19,056 nt of DNA, from the IMG/VR virus record IMGVR_UViG_2695420589_000003. One strand, given 5' to 3'. Both the position numbers and the translations under genes were made by a program. Source of the DNA: a virus. Its lineage: Duplodnaviria; Heunggongvirae; Uroviricota; Caudoviricetes. Positions 17,392-19,056 of this stretch are shown here, piece by piece (the stretch's first letter is position 1; every line of letters begins with the position of its first letter). The notes under the pieces are model-generated. The model worked only from the letters and a program-made list of their open reading frames with translations. It was not told where the DNA came from and did not search any database.

Positions 17392-17757
17392 TTACTTCGT
17401 CATGCCATTCAGGGTGTCGCGGCAGACTGTAGCCAGCCGCTGAATTTCCAGCACGGTGTCTTCTGTGTCGGCATGGCGATGTGTGATGCGGATGCTGTCG
17501 GCAATCACATCGACGATTGCAGAGGATGGGCGCTGGTAAATGCCAATAACGGACGGGGTGCCACCTTCAATGCGGTAAAGCCTGTAATTTCCCTCGTGGC
17601 TGTCAATCATGTAGCGACCATCAATAACAATCTTTCCGTCAGCGAGCTGCGGTACAGGCAGGGATTTCAGGTACATGTCATAACGATCACGCACGCGAGC
17701 GGCAAGATCACGCTCTGTGTTGAGCAGGTATTCAAGAAAGTCGTTGGCGAGAATCAT
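17392..17757 (-). CDS. Hypothetical early-operon protein (121 aa)
   Basis: ATG 17757 with AGGA about 9 nt upstream; same orientation as A and immediately upstream of it; no motif recognised. Confidence 0.5.
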   Translation of the reverse strand: MILANDFLEYLLNTERDLAARVRDRYDMYLKSLPVPQLADGKIVIDGRYMIDSHEGNYRLYRIEGGTPSVIGIYQRPSSAIVDVIADSIRITHRHADTEDTVLEIQRLATVCRDTLNGMTK

Positions 17758-17898
17758 TGCGGCAATCCTCTTGTTACAGATGTGCGAAGGCCTCCCGCCG
17801 CAAGGTGCAGGAAAGGCCCGGAACAGGAATTAATGGAGTTTGTTTTGCTGCCGGATGAGCTGCTGAAGCCCGACGTGGTTTCCGGCAGTTGGAGGTGC

Positions 17899-18144
17899 TC
17901 ATGCTCTGATTTCCCTCAGTAGCTGGTTGAACATCTGGGTTAGTGGGTTGCTACACCCAAACGGCATCAGGTTTACCTGATAAGAAAAGCGACCGCCTGT
18001 TTTGCGCTCTTTTCTTGTGACTAAACCGCTGCGCCAGAGACGGCGTAGCTCCGCATTAATGGTTGTGGTTGGTGTATTCAGTGCTGCGGCGATTTCTCCA
18101 CTGCTACAACCCGGATTGGCAGCGATGTAGTCCAGAATGGTCAT
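17899..18144 (-). CDS. Small winged-helix DNA-binding protein, PapI/FaeA-like (81 aa)
   Basis: ILDYIAANPGCSSGEIAAALNTPTTTINAELRRLWRSGLV follows the PapI pattern as recalled; ATG overlaps the upstream ORF stop as ATGA. Confidence 0.6.
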   Translation of the reverse strand: MTILDYIAANPGCSSGEIAAALNTPTTTINAELRRLWRSGLVTRKERKTGGRFSYQVNLMPFGCSNPLTQMFNQLLREIRA

Positions 18145-18344
18145 CTGCGTGACTCCTGTACCTGTCTGATAAGATTCACCTGCACCACGTTGGTGGCGCA
18201 GAAGTAAGTGCCGTCAGTGAGATAGATATGATGTGCATCCTTTTCTGAACGGTGTTTGTCGATTGTGGTAATCAGGCGTTCGTCAACTTCGTATTCACGT
18301 CCTCTGGAGGTGAAACGAACGACAGGAAAATGCTTAATTGCCAT
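18141..18344 (-). CDS. Hypothetical early protein (67 aa from ATG 18344)
   Basis: Strong AAGGAGG 4 nt upstream of ATG 18344; the track's longer GTG start at 18395 lacks an RBS. Confidence 0.5.
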   Translation of the reverse strand: MAIKHFPVVRFTSRGREYEVDERLITTIDKHRSEKDAHHIYLTDGTYFCATNVVQVNLIRQVQESRR

Positions 18345-18430
18345 TACGCCTCCTTGGCGTGTGCGAATACCTCCGCGAATGCGGATTGTTTTCACATTTT
18401 CTTATTTAACCTAGGGTCTTATTTGCGCGG

Positions 18431-18544
18431 TTATTCTTCAGTGAAAAAGCGTTCAATCTTTTTTACTGAATTAATAATTCGCATAATCCCAATGGCGCAG
18501 ACCACCGAAATAATCAGAACAAGCCATGAAATAAATATACTCAT
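18431..18544 (-). CDS. Unlisted 37-aa small membrane peptide (MSIFISWLVLIISVVCAIGIMRIINSVKKIERFFTEE)
   Basis: Translated by hand from the minus strand; ATG 18544 overlaps the stop of the upstream 80-aa ORF (ATGA), GGGAAA 7 nt upstream; one hydrophobic helix plus a charged tail. Below the size cutoff of the ORF track. Confidence 0.4.
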   Translation of the reverse strand: MSIFISWLVLIISVVCAIGIMRIINSVKKIERFFTEE

Positions 18545-18783
18545 GCGATATTTCCCAGCTTATACGGTTCAATATGTTCCCCGCATTCTGCGGCACAGAT
18601 CAGCTCGGAAAGTTCGTTAAGTGCATCCAGATCATCAGCGTAAAAAGCCACGTCATACAGACTTCGGATTGCTCTGGTCAATGAGTCACGGGCCGCACGT
18701 TCAGCATGAGCGCCTGATGCACTTAAGCGAAAATAAAAACGCTCAAGTGCTTTGTTAATGAGAGTTTTATATTCTTTGCCCAT
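18541..18783 (-). CDS. Hypothetical early protein (80 aa)
   Basis: ATG 18783 (second codon of track ORF 18541..18786); acidic, helical-looking; no motif recognised. Confidence 0.45.
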   Translation of the reverse strand: MGKEYKTLINKALERFYFRLSASGAHAERAARDSLTRAIRSLYDVAFYADDLDALNELSELICAAECGEHIEPYKLGNIA

Positions 18784-18794
18784 CACAACGCCCT

Positions 18795-18995
18795 TTAATC
18801 TGCTTTCTGTATTTCAGCTTCTGAATCCATACAAATAATTTCGATATAGGGTTCATCGCCATTAACCTGGCGTGCCTTTTCATCTTCGCTGATGATTTCT
18901 CGTACGGTCTGGTACGGAAGTTCCACAAGCAGTCGCGTGCCGTTCAGATAAACGTAAGTGGCTTCGTCGGCTCCGTTTTTACCCGCCGGAGTCAC
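18795..18995 (-). CDS. Possible small ORF (66 aa, GTG start)
   Basis: Track ORF only; GTG start without a convincing RBS. Confidence 0.25.
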   Translation of the reverse strand: MTPAGKNGADEATYVYLNGTRLLVELPYQTVREIISEDEKARQVNGDEPYIEIICMDSEAEIQKAD

Positions 18996-19056
18996 TCCGT
19001 CAATAGCGGATGCACGTAATAACAGTTAGACTGGCCCCCTGAATCTCCAGACAACC

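Noticed and set aside
17765-17902. Possible 45-aa basic ORF (MSTSNCRKPRRASAAHP...) whose ATG overlaps the stop of the winged-helix gene
   Set aside because: Low-complexity Ala/Pro/Arg-rich sequence; it may simply be an intergenic promoter region, so it was not called.

Overview
This window reads as a contiguous segment of a P2-like (Peduovirus-type) temperate phage or prophage from an enterobacterium. All similarity statements are from memory of P2, plasmid R1 and phage P1/21 proteins plus synteny and motifs visible in the six-frame track; no search was run. Layout in window coordinates: (1) late baseplate/tail, lysis and head genes on the minus strand, I-J-W-V-(S)-R-lysC-lysB-K-Y-X-L-M-N-O (20-8462); (2) the divergent terminase/portal pair P-Q on the plus strand (8859-11445); (3) a ~490-bp noncoding region (11446-11936) that by P2 synteny should hold cos, rich in palindromes and a phased TGTGCA repeat; (4) a ~2.4-kb minus-strand accessory island (11937-14299) sitting where P2 carries tin/old, encoding a ParM/StbA-like actin-fold ATPase, a possible downstream adaptor, and three small uncharacterised proteins including a Cys-rich one; (5) the rolling-circle replication initiator A (14376-16785, 5' end masked); (6) small early-operon ORFs upstream of A (17392-18995), including a PapI/FaeA-like winged-helix protein and an unlisted 37-aa membrane peptide. 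The island is the best candidate for an undescribed system. Nine N-masked runs (2013-2051, 2209-2779, 2851-3285, 4545-4562, 5313-5777, 5830-5857, 8561-8858, 13122-13387, 16786-17312) hide the P/O divergent promoter region, most of R/S, the holin/endolysin junction, the M/L junction, the ParM 3' end and the A 5' end, so several boundaries are approximate. No tRNA, rRNA, CRISPR array or transposase was recognised.
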